A DNA stretch of 7,768 nucleotides from Rotaria sp. (lineage: Eukaryota). Made by a program: the position numbers and the translations under genes. The stretch is taken from assembly GCA_905330805.1 (NCBI GenBank), contig CAJNWK010000300.1:38176-45943 (forward strand). The letters run 5' to 3'. Shown one piece after another: positions 6,689 to 7,768 of this stretch. The notes beneath the pieces were generated by a model. That model did no database searches. It had not been told where the DNA came from and saw only the letters and a list, made by a program, of their open reading frames with translations. Position 1 is the first letter of the stretch; each line of letters opens with the position of its first letter.

Positions 6689-6816
6689 CTAATTGACATA
6701 AATGAATCAAAATAAATAAATAAATTGGATTTAATCAATTTCATAAACATTTTATTTAATTTACTAAATGCATCAAATAAAATGAATAAATAAATAAATA
6801 ATTGTAATTTAAATAC
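6628..6816. repeat. AT-rich degenerate tandem repeat, ~3 units of ~66-70 bp (units begin near 6630, 6700 and 6766)
   Basis: ctaaatgcatcaaataa is repeated exactly at 6628-6644 and 6764-6780. atttcataaacat is repeated at 6676-6688 and 6738-6750. Each unit contains aaatgMatcaaa + (ataa)n + aattgNNtttaat. Confidence 0.65.
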
Positions 6817-7768
6817 ATACATAATGGACTGACTCACAGAGGAAGTGTAAAAATATAATTTATCAACTCACTACTGGCAGGAGAATATAATGAATGGATA
6901 GTACTATCGGCCGGCTTATATACATGAATGAACAATGACTCTATAGCGGTCATTGTTAAAATGATCTTTTTCAAATCGAAATTCATTTTTGAATTTTATT
7001 CACAATCAGTGTTGATTTTTTATTTTTTTCGAAAATGAACTTTTTTGAAAATTAAATTGAATTTGTATGAATTAGAAAATCCAGCATTTTCTAAATCTTC
7101 AAGATTCGACAGCTGAATAATGAAAATTTGAAAAGACTGCAACCTTTTTAAAGTCGATTTTCTTAAAAGGAGAGTTTCAAAAAAAATTACAGTGTAGAGA
7201 CCAGAAAATAGTATTCAAGGAACACCCATATGAATTCGACAATGAATTTCGATTATTTTGAAAATAAAATATTCAAGAAAATTTGAAGTTCAAGTTTCGA
7301 TTTTCCAGTTAGAAGATCATGGTCGTATTTATATACACATTTACAGAATATCGAACCCGGTTTCGTATTCTGAACATTTTCCCAAGAATAGAATATCTGT
7401 TATCACTGTTCGCATGTCCAATAAATTGTTCTTTCACTTCTATACCGACTTTACGTTTAACCTTAACTCTGTTTACAGGCCAAAAGCGTATATACAGTAA
7501 ATAGAGAATTAGGCATCGCTTGAGATATTATAATTGAACAATATCAAAAATAAAACATAACATGCGCTGCAAAAGTCCTCGAAAAAATGTCAATCTATGT
7601 TAAACCGTATTGCTGTAACGCTCTCGGTTGATTGGATTTTATAAATGATGTTCAACCTTCCCCTATAATTGATTCGTATATTACATATATTGTATTCACC
7701 TTTCTATTCTTACGCTACTGTCCTTACTCTATTGTTCTCTCATATCTATTCTTTCCTTGGCCTCATCT

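Noticed and set aside
6974-7254. 14-bp perfect inverted repeat aatcgaaattcatt (6974-6987) / aatgaatttcgatt (7241-7254), plus repeated tcgaaa/ttgaaaat words across 6960-7300
   Set aside because: For an AT-rich 14-mer at arbitrary spacing, roughly one such match is expected by chance in this window. The region is low-complexity A/T sequence.
7258-7504. Track ORFs 7258..7500 and 7319..7504 (+)
   Set aside because: They overlap each other in different frames within low-complexity AT-rich sequence, with no domain-like features.
1-7768. Prokaryotic-style content: operons, CRISPR array, defence or toxin-antitoxin system, phage or IS element
   Set aside because: There are no ORFs over 154 codons, no direct-repeat/spacer array and no RBS-linked gene series. 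The tRNAs have A73 for His and oligo-T terminators typical of eukaryotic Pol III. Nothing in the sequence supports such a system.

Overview
AT-rich (about two-thirds A+T by eye), ORF-poor window that reads as eukaryotic nuclear DNA, not a prokaryotic gene island. The longest ORF is 154 codons. Two canonical cloverleaf tRNA genes lie on the minus strand, tRNA-His(GTG) at 5099-5169 and tRNA-Asn(GTT) at 6128-6200; each is followed by an oligo-T run typical of RNA polymerase III termination. The best coding signal is a pair of diverged paralogous minus-strand genes (743-1277 and 2528-3070) for small, N-glycosylation-sequon-bearing, Cys-containing proteins with a hydrophobic C-terminal tail and a Ly6/uPAR-like C-x4-5-C-[ND] end motif. 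Both copies look disabled as assembled. One has an in-frame TGA between its signal peptide and body; the other has a one-base frame offset at an A7 run between a signal-peptide-like leader and its body. Structure not explained by genes: a cluster of four GT/CA-rich blocks in alternating orientation (211-612) with a perfect 15-bp inverted repeat and a G-quadruplex motif; a ~110-bp repeat present twice in inverted orientation (1510-1624 / 2131-2243); a perfect 14-bp hairpin just 3' of one gene; and an AT-rich ~66-70-bp tandem repeat (6628-6816). I see no CRISPR array, recognisable transposase, defence system or operon. The source taxon cannot be determined from the sequence; a 12-nt match to a flatworm spliced leader recalled from memory is only a weak hint.
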